Part shown: positions 19,001-28,395 of the stretch, in pieces
Numbering within the stretch: the first letter of the stretch is position 1
Layout: the number at the start of each line of letters is the position of its first letter
Origin: Klebsiella phage vB_Kpn_K62PH164C2
Strand: one strand, 5' to 3'
Sequence record: OY757064.1
DNA length: 53,157 nucleotides
Made by a program: the position numbers and the translations under genes
Notes under the pieces: model-generated
The model's database searches: none
What the model was told of the DNA's origin: nothing
The model's input: only the letters and a program-made list of their open reading frames with translations

Positions 19001-22000
19001 AGACGATGCAAAGAAAGCAAGCGAAGCAGCGGCGGCGGCGGGAGATAAAGCAGGGCAGGCGATTGATGATGCGCAAGGTGCGCTAAACGAATCAATCAAG
19101 AACGCCGGAAATATCGACGCGCTAGGCAATGCCGTTATAGAAAACGCACAAAGCCAAAGCGAGATGTACATACACTTTGAAAAGGAGAATGGAGACAGAA
19201 AAGCAGAATACGATCAGGCTGTAACGATGGTTGTTAACGAGTCGGAAGCCAGGGTTGAACAAGTTGAACGCCTCCGGGTTGAAATGGGAGACAGCATCAC
19301 CGCCAGCAACACGGAACTGAAGCAGGCGATCGCGACCGAAACGGAAGCGAGAGCAACGCAGATGAACCAGCTAACGGCTACCATGAATGAGAAATTCACG
19401 GCTACCGATAAGCAGTGGCGGGAGGCGGTAGCCAGCGAAGAGCAGGCCAGGGTTTCAGCAATTGGCGAAATGAAGGCGCAAGTTGATAAGGACATTGCAG
19501 CGACAAGCAAGACGCTAACCGAAGCAATCGCAACCGAAACCGAAGCAAGGATTCAGGCCATTAACGAGCTTGAAGCTAAGATCGGCGACGGCATAGAGGC
19601 TGACTTGACAGAGGTCAAGAAGGCGATAGCAACGGAAACGGAAGCGCGCGTTGAGGGTGATAGACGACTTGAGGCCAAGTTTGATAAAGGCTTGTCTGAC
19701 TCAAACGCCAAGATCACAGCCAACGAGAAAGCCATTGCTGAAGAAGGAAAAGCCAGGGTTGAGCAGTACAACCAGCTTAAGGCAACGGTTGACAGCAACA
19801 AGAAGGCGACAGATGCAAGCATCACTCAGCTTGATAAGGCGATAGCTACCGAAAAGGAAGCTAGAGTTTCGCAGTACGGAGAGCTTAAGGCTAGCATCGA
19901 AAAGAACGATAAGGACATTAACGCCAAGGTTGATGCCAGCGTTAAGCAGTTAACGGAGGCGATCGCCACCGAGGAGGCGGCAAGGGTTAAGCAGTACAAT
20001 GAACTCAACGCCAAGGTTGACAACAACAAGAAAGCCACGGATGCGGCAATCTCCGAGTTAACCGAAGTAGTCGCCACTGACCGGGAAGCCAGCTCCAGCA
20101 AAATCACAGAGCTAACGGCAAGTGTTAGCGCAGTAGCTGAAGGCGTGGTTGAGAACGCATTAGCCAACGACAAGACAAGCAAGGAGTCGGCAGCGGGAAT
20201 TAAGGAGGTAAGAGAGGTAATCGCCAACGAAACCGAAGCGCGAGCGGAGATGATGACTCAGTTACAAACATCATTCGACGCAGAGATCGGGAAGGTTAAC
20301 GGCGAGATAACCAATCTAAGCCAGGCTATTAGTGATGAGTCAGGGGCGAGGGTTCAGCAGTACAACGAGCTTAAGGCGAGCATTGAGGGGCAGGATTTCA
20401 AAACAGAATCCTATTACTACTCACTAAGCCAAGCCATAAGCACCGAGGAAGAGTCGAGAGTTAAGCAGTACGAAGAGCTTAACGCAAAGCTTGAATCCGG
20501 TCAGGGCGGTACTGATGCCGCAATTAAGAACCTTCAGGAAGCGATCGCAACCGAAGAGAAGGCGAGAGCGCAGGCGGTTAGCGATCTTGATGCCAACATG
20601 AAATCGGAGTTTGGCAAAACAAACGCCAACGTTAAAAACGTATCCGACGCGCTGGCAGAAGAGAAGCAGGTTAGAGCGCAGCAGTACACGGAGCTAAACG
20701 GCAAGATCTCCACAACGGATAAGGAGCTTGCAGCGCAGGTTAAGCGCTTAGATACGGCGATTGTTACGGAAAAGGAAGCCAGAACAGAGCAGTATAACCA
20801 GCTTAAAGCTACGGTTGACACCAACAAGAAAACGGCGGACGCCAACTATCAGGAGAACAAAACAGCGATCTCTGACGAGACGCAAGCGAGAGTTAAAGCA
20901 GTAAGCGACCTTGACGCGAGCATGAAATCCGAATTCGGAAAGACTAACGCGAGCGTTAAAACGGTATCTGATGCCCTAGCGGAAGAAACCAGAGTTCGGG
21001 CGCAGCAGTACACCGAATTGAACGGCAAGATCACGGCGGCTGGAACGGAAAGCGCCGCGCAGATTAAGCGACTGGATGAGGCAATCGCTGAAGAGAAGCA
21101 GGCCCGCACTACTCAGTACAATGCATTGAATGCTACGATTGAGAAGAACAACAAGGACATTAACACCAAGGTTGATGCCAGCGTTAAGCAGTTAACGGAG
21201 GCGATCGCCACCGAGGAGGCGGCAAGGGTTAAGCAGTACAACGAACTTAAGGCAACGGTTGACAGCAACAAAAAAGCGGTTGACGCTGCAATCACTGAAA
21301 TGAACGAAGTGATAGCGACGGAGAAGGAAGCAACCGCCAGCAAGATAACCGACCTTACCGCCAGCATGGGGGCAAATGGAGAGGCGGCGCTTGAAAACGC
21401 TTTAGCCAACGATCAGGAATCGAGACGCCGTGAGGCACAATATCGAAACGTGGTAGAGGTTATTGCTAACGAGACTCAATCGCGAGTAACTCAAATGGAA
21501 GAGCTTACAGCTACGTTCATTGCAAGCGAGGCGACAACAAGCGGAAGGATAACGAATCTTCAGGAGGTGATTACTAACGACAAAGAGGCTAACGCCAAGC
21601 AGTTTACGGAGATTGACTCGAAGTTTGAGCGGGCGGATTTTTACGCAAGCGCGAACTACTCCAAGCTAAACCAGGCTATAGCAAGCGAGACAGAGGCGAG
21701 AATTAAGCAGTACGAAGAGCTTAAGGCCAGCATCGGCGATGATATCCAGGGCGAGATAAACAACTTGCAGCAGGCTATCGCCAACGAGACTCAGGCCAGA
21801 ACACAGGCGATTCAGAGCCTTGATTCTAAGTTCAACACTGAGATCGGCAAGACAAACGCCAGCGTTAAAACCGTATCCGATGCACTGGCTACGGAAAAGA
21901 GTTCCACGGCGCAAAGGTTCTCGGATGTTAACGCAAAAGTTGACGGTTTGGAGAAGTCAACTAACGCTTCAGTTAAGCGACTGGATGAAGCAATCGCCAC

Positions 22001-22721
22001 GGAAACAGAAGCGAGATCGCAGCAGTACACGGGGTTAAGCGCCACTGTTACCAAAAACAATACGGATATTAACAAAAAGGTTGACGACAAAGACGCAGCT
22101 ATCAACAAAAAGGTTAATGACAATAACACCGCCATTAACACAAAAGTTGATGCGAACTACAAACAGCTAAACACCGCGATCGCAGATGAGACGCAGGCGA
22201 GGACGCAGGCGATCACAAGGCTGGAATCGTCAATCGGTAGCAACTCGGCGGCGATAGAGCAAAAACTTGATTCGTGGGTTGATGCCAACTCTACGGGGGC
22301 AATGTACGGCGTTAAGCTTGGCATGAGGTATCAAGGTAATTACTACCAAGCTGGGATGAACATGCAGCTAGTCGGGAGCGGGAATCAGATGAAATCTCAG
22401 ATCTTATTCCAGGCTGATCGGTTCGTGATTTTCCCGTACCCGGACAGGGAGGATATAAAAACCATCCCTTTCCTTGTTGATGGTGATCAGGTTTACATGC
22501 AGAGCGCACTTATCAAGGATGGCTCCATAACTAACGCCAAGATCGGGAACGAAATAAAATCCAACAACTTTGTTTGGGATCAGCAGGGATGGGGGTTAAG
22601 CAAAGAGGGTTGGTTCCAGATGAACGGACAAGCGGGAGGTGGTAGAACGTTGATTAATCAGAATGGAGTTCAGGTTTTCGACGGCAACAATAGATTGAGG
22701 GTTAGATTAGGATTGTGGTAA
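16092..22721 (+). CDS. J-like tail tip/host specificity protein with a very long helical repeat region
   Basis: ~2209 aa from MSKVITAMGKGGSS; N-terminal J-like and fibronectin-like regions, then about 25 'AIATETEAR'-type repeats. Confidence 0.93.
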   Translation: MSKVITAMGKGGSSTPRQPKEMPDNLISKDRIKLLLAVADGEVENDFNLKQLMFGGVPVQNESGEFNYPDVIAEFRPGTQTQDFIQGFTESSSEVTVARDVKANQPYSLTVTNKNLSAIRFRLLWPRVLQQKDNGDMVGSKVEYAFDMAVDGAAFKEVLRDNIDGKNTTGGYDRSIRINLPQDFASQVILRVRRITPDADGVKTVDAFKVQSYAEVIDARFRYPLTALLYVEFDSDLFENNIPTISIKKKWKIIQVPSNYDPIGRTYNGTWNGTFKWAWSNNPAWVLYDLITNQRYGLDQKELGIPVDKWSLYEVAQYCDQKVPDNKGGEEPRYLCDMVVQDQVEAYRLIRDVCSIFRGMSFYNGESISIVVDKPRNPVYLFTNDNVIDGYFGYTFASEKSMYTTVNVMFDDEENAYTQDVEPVYDAVASRRFGHNPTDITAIGCVRRTEANRRGRWIIKTNLRSETVNFATGLQGMIPTCGDVIQVLDAHYQSNFGLILSGRVSEVSGLQVFLPMKTDAKAGDFIIMNKPDGAPVKRTIASVSSDGMTLTLNVGFGFDVAPDAVFAIERTDLAMKLYVVMSISKGSDEEEFQYNISAVEYNPGKYDEIDYGVITDERPTSIVEPDSMPAPQDVTISSFSRVVQGLSLETMVVGWSKVRYASVYEMQWRKDGGNWLNTPRTATTETQVEGIYSGVYEVRVRAINAGGVASPWSDIVAKSLTGKVGKPKAPTGITASDNEVLGIRVKWSMPEGSGDTAYIELHQSPDNNDANSSLLTMVPYPAFEYWHSTLRSGQVVWYKVRAVDRIGNVSDWTKLTRGMATDDVDQIMDTIKIDIQGTEGYKELQKNIFETNERIDEAEQTIAKVDEDAKQGITEAKKDAADAKKRAEEVNTAAQKGINEAKAAAKAADDHATQVGKDATAGLAEANAKTEQVRKDAEQGIAEAKNDAKAAKDEALRVEAKADKGISEAKDDAKKASEAAAAAGDKAGQAIDDAQGALNESIKNAGNIDALGNAVIENAQSQSEMYIHFEKENGDRKAEYDQAVTMVVNESEARVEQVERLRVEMGDSITASNTELKQAIATETEARATQMNQLTATMNEKFTATDKQWREAVASEEQARVSAIGEMKAQVDKDIAATSKTLTEAIATETEARIQAINELEAKIGDGIEADLTEVKKAIATETEARVEGDRRLEAKFDKGLSDSNAKITANEKAIAEEGKARVEQYNQLKATVDSNKKATDASITQLDKAIATEKEARVSQYGELKASIEKNDKDINAKVDASVKQLTEAIATEEAARVKQYNELNAKVDNNKKATDAAISELTEVVATDREASSSKITELTASVSAVAEGVVENALANDKTSKESAAGIKEVREVIANETEARAEMMTQLQTSFDAEIGKVNGEITNLSQAISDESGARVQQYNELKASIEGQDFKTESYYYSLSQAISTEEESRVKQYEELNAKLESGQGGTDAAIKNLQEAIATEEKARAQAVSDLDANMKSEFGKTNANVKNVSDALAEEKQVRAQQYTELNGKISTTDKELAAQVKRLDTAIVTEKEARTEQYNQLKATVDTNKKTADANYQENKTAISDETQARVKAVSDLDASMKSEFGKTNASVKTVSDALAEETRVRAQQYTELNGKITAAGTESAAQIKRLDEAIAEEKQARTTQYNALNATIEKNNKDINTKVDASVKQLTEAIATEEAARVKQYNELKATVDSNKKAVDAAITEMNEVIATEKEATASKITDLTASMGANGEAALENALANDQESRRREAQYRNVVEVIANETQSRVTQMEELTATFIASEATTSGRITNLQEVITNDKEANAKQFTEIDSKFERADFYASANYSKLNQAIASETEARIKQYEELKASIGDDIQGEINNLQQAIANETQARTQAIQSLDSKFNTEIGKTNASVKTVSDALATEKSSTAQRFSDVNAKVDGLEKSTNASVKRLDEAIATETEARSQQYTGLSATVTKNNTDINKKVDDKDAAINKKVNDNNTAINTKVDANYKQLNTAIADETQARTQAITRLESSIGSNSAAIEQKLDSWVDANSTGAMYGVKLGMRYQGNYYQAGMNMQLVGSGNQMKSQILFQADRFVIFPYPDREDIKTIPFLVDGDQVYMQSALIKDGSITNAKIGNEIKSNNFVWDQQGWGLSKEGWFQMNGQAGGGRTLINQNGVQVFDGNNRLRVRLGLW

Positions 22722-22724
22722 TAA

Positions 22725-22750
22725 AAAAGGCTCCCAAACGGGAGCCTTTC
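22725..22750. terminator. bidirectional terminator between convergent genes
   Basis: AAAGGCTCC-CAAACG-GGAGCCTTT with flanking A/T tracts. Confidence 0.88.
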
Positions 22751-22752
22751 TT

Positions 22753-23070
22753 TTATCTGATGAAGAATCGGTTTGGCTGGCGGGCCAACATGTTAGTTTC
22801 GATGCCCCCACGGTTAAACTCAAACCTCACGTTATGGATCTCTTTATCACCGTAACAGATCCGATGAATGTTTTTGTTAATGTGGCGCTTGAAAATAGGA
22901 TTGCTCACTGACTGGTAAGAAACCTCGCGACTACCGCAATCAATTACCGCCCCAACGCTACCGCTAAGCGACATTCTCGAAGCATCCACCGGATAACCCA
23001 CGTTAGAATTGAAGGCCATAGCGCTTGATGTAGAGGCGATTAGAGCCATAGCAAAAACGAACTTTTTCAT
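22753..23070 (-). CDS. small predicted secreted protein (signal peptide)
   Basis: MKKFVFAMALIASTSSAMA|F: classic signal peptide, no lipobox; two cysteines in mature part. Confidence 0.7.
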   Translation of the reverse strand: MKKFVFAMALIASTSSAMAFNSNVGYPVDASRMSLSGSVGAVIDCGSREVSYQSVSNPIFKRHINKNIHRICYGDKEIHNVRFEFNRGGIETNMLARQPNRFFIR

Positions 23071-23081
23071 ATCATAACTCC

Positions 23082-23738
23082 TTAGTTGTGACCCATGAAC
23101 TTAGCATAAGGGATAACCATTTGCCGAGATTCACTAAAAATGCTATTGAAACCCCTTTGCTTTAATTTAGACCATGTAACTTGAACCTCCGAGCCAGTCC
23201 AGCGAATCAGCGCCCCGCTATGCCCTGAAACTATACCATCCGTACTGCATGAGCCTATGCAAGCCTCCCATAGTATAAATGGGTTATATCCTGGGTTTAC
23301 CGAAATTATGTTATTTTCCAGATCATAACCAGAGTCTATTGCTATTGTTCCAGTAACGCGAGGCATTCTTGACGCGCTCTTTGCGCTCCAAATCAGTGTC
23401 CCAGAACCATCATAAACATCAAGGTATCCGCTTTCTGGCCTTATATTTCTGTTAGTCCTAATTATCCGTGCGCTATTTGGCTTAAACAAACTTTCGCCAG
23501 GGAAAGCCCAAGCACCAGGTTGCGTAAACTGTATCCAGTGAAGAAACCCATCCCTACGATCTAGATCTGTCCTTGCTGGATACCCAAGATCCACAACGTT
23601 ACCGAATTTTGTGCTAAAGTTCCAATCCCCCGTGTATCCCACGTCCATGTTATACATGTGATCGAATATCGTGTGCGATTGCTCGGAGCTAATTATTAGC
23701 CCGCCCCACTGATTGTAAGCCTCAAATCCAGCCCCCAT
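23082..23738 (-). CDS. hypothetical protein, possible virion/tail accessory
   Basis: 218-aa ORF in a minus-strand cassette between tail tip and fiber genes. Confidence 0.65.
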   Translation of the reverse strand: MGAGFEAYNQWGGLIISSEQSHTIFDHMYNMDVGYTGDWNFSTKFGNVVDLGYPARTDLDRRDGFLHWIQFTQPGAWAFPGESLFKPNSARIIRTNRNIRPESGYLDVYDGSGTLIWSAKSASRMPRVTGTIAIDSGYDLENNIISVNPGYNPFILWEACIGSCSTDGIVSGHSGALIRWTGSEVQVTWSKLKQRGFNSIFSESRQMVIPYAKFMGHN

Positions 23739-23764
23739 AACCTACCCCCCCCCATAACTCATTG

Positions 23765-24109
23765 TTAGAAAAAAGAATATACTTCAACATCTATGTTTAT
23801 CTCGCCGGAACGATCGCCGGGAAGATACATAACCTTAAATCCGTTATCCGTTGTTATTGCCGCATACTCAGTATTGATGGAGTTTTGCAAGCTTCCCTCA
23901 GTCCACATGATAGCCGCAAATGAATTTGTGCTGTTTATTCCTGGGATGTAAGTAAACACGTTATTACCGCCGTTTGGTATATGGACTCTATAGCGACCAA
24001 CAAATCTCGTGCTGAAGTCTCCTATGTCAACGACGATATTTCCGTTTTCATCCCATGCCTGCATACCTTGCATGATGACCCCCCTTGATTGGTTAAATTG
24101 CATTGCCAT
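23765..24109 (-). CDS. hypothetical protein, possible tail accessory
   Basis: 114-aa ORF, beta-rich, adjacent to tail fiber. Confidence 0.65.
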   Translation of the reverse strand: MAMQFNQSRGVIMQGMQAWDENGNIVVDIGDFSTRFVGRYRVHIPNGGNNVFTYIPGINSTNSFAAIMWTEGSLQNSINTEYAAITTDNGFKVMYLPGDRSGEINIDVEVYSFF

Positions 24110-24166
24110 TATACCATTATGGCGCTATGATACCAGGTGAATATTAACCAGATAGGAGTTTGCGCA

Positions 24167-26071
24167 ATGGCAACTTACAAAGTAGGCAAAGTAAAAATCA
24201 ATGGCAATGGCTTGATGACTGGTACGGGAACCAACTGGACGGCGGCAAACGCTCTTGTTCGCGTTGGTGCAACGGTTGTTCTTGCAACTAACCCGGTCAG
24301 GATCTACACGGTCGGCTCCATCATCTCGGCAACTTCAATCCAGCTATCCGATTGGGGATCTGATGCCGCGATCACGACTGACACAAACTATTCAATTCTG
24401 CTTCACGATGGTTTGACGGTTCAGGGCTTGGCTCAAGATACCGCCGAAACTCTCCGTTACTACCGTAACTTTGAAAGCACGCTAGGAGACGCCGCAAAGG
24501 CTACGATCGGCGAGGCTCCCGGTAACGTGATGAAGGTCGGCGCGTTTGGTTTGGGTGTGAATAAACCTGGCGGGACAATTGCAAGCACTACATACCCAAC
24601 GGCTAACGCACTTGTTAAAGCATTAATGGATGCTGGTTGCGGTTGGTGGAGAAGCCACGGAGTAACCGAAAGCGGAATGACAACATTCGGTCATGGCTCA
24701 AGCTATTTTTCATATGTTAGCGACACATGTTCCGCTATAAACGTGGCCTATGAGACAGGGCGCGTCATTGTTCTCGCATCAAACAGGGCGAAAATTAACA
24801 ACGGCGACCAGCCAGCGAGAAACGTTCTTTATGGATCAGCTAACCCACCTGATCTTAACAATGAAACTCGCGGCGTGCTTAACATGGCAAACGGCGGAAC
24901 CGGATCGACTAATGCCAGCGACGCAAGGCTTGCGTTCGGCCTTAGAATGATAGATGTTCCGAGCAACACATCCGGCGCTACACGATGCATCAAGATAGCC
25001 ACTATAAAATCTCCTGGCGCTGCTGGCTCTTTTGCCTCAATGTCAATCTATGGCGGATCAGGAATCGGAAGCGGCCCGCGAGTTAACATCGATACGGTTA
25101 TAATTTCAGGCCGAAACTCAGGAAACGAAAACAACCCTCAAGGTGATGTTTCTATCCTTCACCGCTGCTTAAGGGCTGGAACTGATACACTAAAATTTGG
25201 CGTAGTGAAAACCGGAACAGGTCAATATGACGTTTACATGAAAGTGATGGGGTATGTTCAGGGCTTGAGGATTGTTGTTGATACGATACTATCTCAAAGC
25301 TTCATTGATGGCCCGGTTTACACTGGCTCTTTTGGTTCAATCGGTTACGTGAACGAATCCGAGATACCAACCCCGGCGGGCAACATTGGGTGGGCTAACA
25401 CTTACGATATTGTTAACCAGTACAATAAGGATATCGCCCAAGAGTTTAGCGAGGTTACGATAAAAAGAGCAAGCACGAATGATAACGAGGCCAGGTTACT
25501 TTTTAACTTTGGCAAAACAGAATCAAGGGGCGCGGAGCTTAGATCGACGTATACAAACGGTAATATTGTTCTTTCGACTGGTCACAACGGAGAATCCTCT
25601 CCAGTTTTTGGGGAAATATACCTAAGAACGGCGGGCAGTACAAACTCAACCGGGCAATTCAAATTTGACAAGGAAGGAAGCGCAACAGCGACAGGTGGTC
25701 AGTGGAAAAACTCTTCAGATATTAGGCTGAAGCGAGATTTCAAGCCGATCTCTTCTCCGCTTGAATCTGTTATGTCATTCCGTGGGGCTACTTACGAAAT
25801 GAAAGCTAGCGGGGTTAGAGCGATTGGTGTTATAGCTCAGGATATCGAGAAACGTTGCCCCGACGCAATCGGCAGAATGGAAATTGAACTTGATGGGGAG
25901 GTGATACCGGATGCAATGAGCGTTGATACGGCTGGCTTTGCTGCGGCGTACAGCGTGCAGGCACTGAAGGAAGTTGTTAAGCTGATGGATTTGATGCTTG
26001 AAGATCCTGAAGCGGCTAGCGCTAGAATCAAGGCGCTGAAGGCCATGATTAACGATGAGTTACCGGAGTAA
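24167..26071 (+). CDS. tail fiber/spike with C-terminal peptidase S74-type intramolecular chaperone
   Basis: Start MATYKVGKVKI with TAGGAG RBS; C-terminal 'SSDIRLKRDFKPI...GVRAIGVIAQDIEKRCPDAI'. Confidence 0.9.
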   Translation: MATYKVGKVKINGNGLMTGTGTNWTAANALVRVGATVVLATNPVRIYTVGSIISATSIQLSDWGSDAAITTDTNYSILLHDGLTVQGLAQDTAETLRYYRNFESTLGDAAKATIGEAPGNVMKVGAFGLGVNKPGGTIASTTYPTANALVKALMDAGCGWWRSHGVTESGMTTFGHGSSYFSYVSDTCSAINVAYETGRVIVLASNRAKINNGDQPARNVLYGSANPPDLNNETRGVLNMANGGTGSTNASDARLAFGLRMIDVPSNTSGATRCIKIATIKSPGAAGSFASMSIYGGSGIGSGPRVNIDTVIISGRNSGNENNPQGDVSILHRCLRAGTDTLKFGVVKTGTGQYDVYMKVMGYVQGLRIVVDTILSQSFIDGPVYTGSFGSIGYVNESEIPTPAGNIGWANTYDIVNQYNKDIAQEFSEVTIKRASTNDNEARLLFNFGKTESRGAELRSTYTNGNIVLSTGHNGESSPVFGEIYLRTAGSTNSTGQFKFDKEGSATATGGQWKNSSDIRLKRDFKPISSPLESVMSFRGATYEMKASGVRAIGVIAQDIEKRCPDAIGRMEIELDGEVIPDAMSVDTAGFAAAYSVQALKEVVKLMDLMLEDPEAASARIKALKAMINDELPE

Positions 26072-26074
26072 AAG

Positions 26075-26100
26075 AAAAGGAGCCGAAAGGCTCCTTTTTT
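26075..26100. terminator. bidirectional terminator
   Basis: AAAAGGAGCC-GAAA-GGCTCCTTTTTT between convergent genes. Confidence 0.9.
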
Positions 26101-26112
26101 ATTGGGTGAATA

Positions 26113-26550
26113 TTAGAATGGGATATCGTCGTCAAAGTCCATCGACTGATTACCTTGCGCCTGCTGGCGTTGCGGTTGCTGATTGCCTTGCGGTTGTTGA
26201 GGCTGACCCCATCCGCCGCCCTGCTGCGACTGCCCGCCGCCCTGGCTCATCGACACAACCTCGCGAGCGATGATGACAGGCATTGATTTTTGTACGCCGT
26301 CCTTTTCCCACGTTTCAAGAACGAATTCGCCGGACACAACAACCAGAGAACCTTTCTTTACTGTCTGCTCCAGAACCTTACAGAATCCTTCGCTTAAAAC
26401 CTTCACGGTTAACCAGGAAGTCTTTTTGTAGTCGCCGTAACCCTGAACTGCCGCGATGCTGAAAGAGCCGATTTGCTTACCGTTGCCAGTAGTTCGGATC
26501 TCGAAATCTTTCCCGGCGTTGCCTGATACGGTGATGTTGTTGATAGCCAT
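26113..26550 (-). CDS. ssb: single-stranded DNA-binding protein
   Basis: 'MAINNITVSGNAGKDFEIRTTGNGKQIGSFSIAAVQGY...' OB-fold SSB and acidic tip 'SMDFDDDIPF'. Confidence 0.96.
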   Translation of the reverse strand: MAINNITVSGNAGKDFEIRTTGNGKQIGSFSIAAVQGYGDYKKTSWLTVKVLSEGFCKVLEQTVKKGSLVVVSGEFVLETWEKDGVQKSMPVIIAREVVSMSQGGGQSQQGGGWGQPQQPQGNQQPQRQQAQGNQSMDFDDDIPF

Positions 26551-26572
26551 AATTTAGTTTCCTATAGGTAAT

Positions 26573-26597
26573 AAAAAACGGGCCGAAGCCCGTTATT
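26573..26597 (-). terminator. minus-strand terminator-like hairpin after erf gene
   Basis: Reading minus: AACGGGC-TTCG-GCCCGTTTTTT. Confidence 0.75.
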
Positions 26598-26612
26598 GGA
26601 TTGTTGCCGATA

Positions 26613-27290
26613 CTAGAACTGACTAATATCTTGCGCTTCAGGTTTGGATTTTACATCATCCTTTGCTTCATTGTCCACTGGTTGAGCAACGGCTTGTGGT
26701 TTATTTGGCTTAAAACCCTTTGCTTTGCCGATCGTAATTTCAGCCTTGCGCTTTTCATAGTGATCTTGGATGATTTTCTTGCTCGCTGCATCACTGCTTA
26801 CCCATGCGGATTTAAGCGTTGCCTGCAACTCTTCCGTTGTTTCGCACTTATCAAGATCCTTTTTCCAGTCCGCCGCAGACTTAACAGCAATTTGTGCGTC
26901 GTCATCCGCCTGGCTTAAGCCAAAGATACCGCAAAGGGCATAACGGCGCGCATAGGTGAATGCGGAACCAACGCCTTGAGCGTCACGCTTTGCGATCGGG
27001 ATCGTGAAGTAGTAGCAACGATACTCGCCGGATGAGTGAATCAATTCGGTTACGATGTGCATAACTTCGGCGGTACTTCCTTGTAACATGGATTGCTCAA
27101 CGATAAGATCGTTATCGGTGAGGGCCGGGGTAATCGCATCAAGTACACTATCAAGCGTCGCATACTTGTTTTTTAAGTGGGTATTCGTTCGATCCTTTTT
27201 GACCTTAACGAACTTACCGCGAGCGGAAATTAGAGCCGCTAAAACTTTAGACTGAGATTCGGAGCGATCGATATTGATTATGTTTTCCAT
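26613..27290 (-). CDS. erf: ERF-superfamily single-strand annealing protein
   Basis: '[24 protein letters not shown]...[25 protein letters not shown]' is the ERF signature. Confidence 0.93.
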   Translation of the reverse strand: MENIINIDRSESQSKVLAALISARGKFVKVKKDRTNTHLKNKYATLDSVLDAITPALTDNDLIVEQSMLQGSTAEVMHIVTELIHSSGEYRCYYFTIPIAKRDAQGVGSAFTYARRYALCGIFGLSQADDDAQIAVKSAADWKKDLDKCETTEELQATLKSAWVSSDAASKKIIQDHYEKRKAEITIGKAKGFKPNKPQAVAQPVDNEAKDDVKSKPEAQDISQF

Positions 27291-27313
27291 GATATTTCTC
27301 TCTGATTGGTGAA

Positions 27314-27337
27314 AGGCCACTATATCACAAGCGGCCT
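27314..27337 (-). promoter_or_regulatory. promoter-like -10 in inverted repeat upstream of erf, no recognisable TAGCAC palindrome
   Basis: Minus strand AGGCC-GCTTGTGATATAGT-GGCCT; TATAGT at 27319-27324. Confidence 0.45.
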
Positions 27338-27344
27338 GTTAATA

Positions 27345-28367
27345 TTAAATGTTTTTATAAACTTGCGGAAACTGGCGTTTAACCCATTCCGGCGTGTTTA
27401 GTGTAACTTCGCTTTCACCGTCAGCGTATGATGGCCATGAATCAAGCTCAACGCACATTCTGTATTGGTGGATTACGCTCATATACTGAATTCTACCCAC
27501 GGCTAATTGCTGATCGTCAAGCCTGAATGCCATAGGCAAATAAGGCTCTTTCTTCTCTTGCGCCAGAAGTCGAACTATTACCGGGCGCGTTTCGCCGTAC
27601 ACCTTGATGAACAGATCGCGCTGCAAAGCCATTTTCAAATAATAGCCATGATTGAACGCCAGCCGATCGAACTCGTTAGGGTTGGCGCTTTGCGTTGTTT
27701 TGTAGTCAGTGATAACGACAACTTCCGTTGGGATGCCGTCAATCTCTATCGTAACAACGTCAACATGATCGAGTCGAACCTTTACCTTAACGCCGTGAAT
27801 CTCGCCGAATAATGATAGCTCACGCTGCGCGGTTGGGGAGTTCATGCAGGCGTTATGTTTCGCTTCATTCTCCAGGACTCCGCGCATTGCTACGCACGCA
27901 TCATAATCCTTTGCTTCGATTAGCTCCACGCCATCGGCTACAGCTTGCGATTGTTCGATTAATCCAATCAGGTAGAGGATGTTTAATTCCTCTCCGCAAT
28001 CGGCGTACATCTTCAGCAATTCGGGCCACTGCTTACCGCTAGTCCCGATGATGCCGAATGATTTAAGCTTTGCCGCAACCGCCGTTTGGCTGGTGAGAAC
28101 GTTCTTGATCTCTTCTGGCGGAGTGGCGCGGCGATAAGTTGCCTTGAATAGCTCACTGCTTTCAAAGTTGGTGTGAGATTGAGTACCGAAGATTAAAGGC
28201 TTGCTATCGGTATTCTTGCTCTCGAACCTCCAGGCGGCTGGACAGGTGGCATAAATCTTAGCCAAGCTTGAGCCGGATACGTACTCCGCGCACCATGATT
28301 TAGGATCGTGATAAGCGTCGTTACTTAGCTCGGCGTTGGTGAACGCCTTGAAAACTGATTCTTTCAT
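27345..28367 (-). CDS. PD-(D/E)XK exonuclease (RecE/Cas4-like)
   Basis: 'VRLDHVDVV...VVITDYKTTQSANPNEFDRLAFNHGYYLKMALQRDL' adjacent to erf. Confidence 0.85.
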   Translation of the reverse strand: MKESVFKAFTNAELSNDAYHDPKSWCAEYVSGSSLAKIYATCPAAWRFESKNTDSKPLIFGTQSHTNFESSELFKATYRRATPPEEIKNVLTSQTAVAAKLKSFGIIGTSGKQWPELLKMYADCGEELNILYLIGLIEQSQAVADGVELIEAKDYDACVAMRGVLENEAKHNACMNSPTAQRELSLFGEIHGVKVKVRLDHVDVVTIEIDGIPTEVVVITDYKTTQSANPNEFDRLAFNHGYYLKMALQRDLFIKVYGETRPVIVRLLAQEKKEPYLPMAFRLDDQQLAVGRIQYMSVIHQYRMCVELDSWPSYADGESEVTLNTPEWVKRQFPQVYKNI

Positions 28368-28395
28368 CTCTTATTCCTCTTTGGTTGATGCGGGG

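Noticed and set aside
19911-21246. CRISPR-like repeats
   Set aside because: Repeats are in-frame protein-coding units of unequal length, not short palindromic repeats with unique spacers; no cas genes.
18596-22509. Many minus-strand ORFs of 60-191 aa antisense to the J-like gene (e.g. 18596-19171, 19826-20227)
   Set aside because: They mirror the repetitive, biased codon pattern of the helical repeats, lack RBS/promoters and lie wholly inside a strongly supported gene; they look like shadow ORFs.
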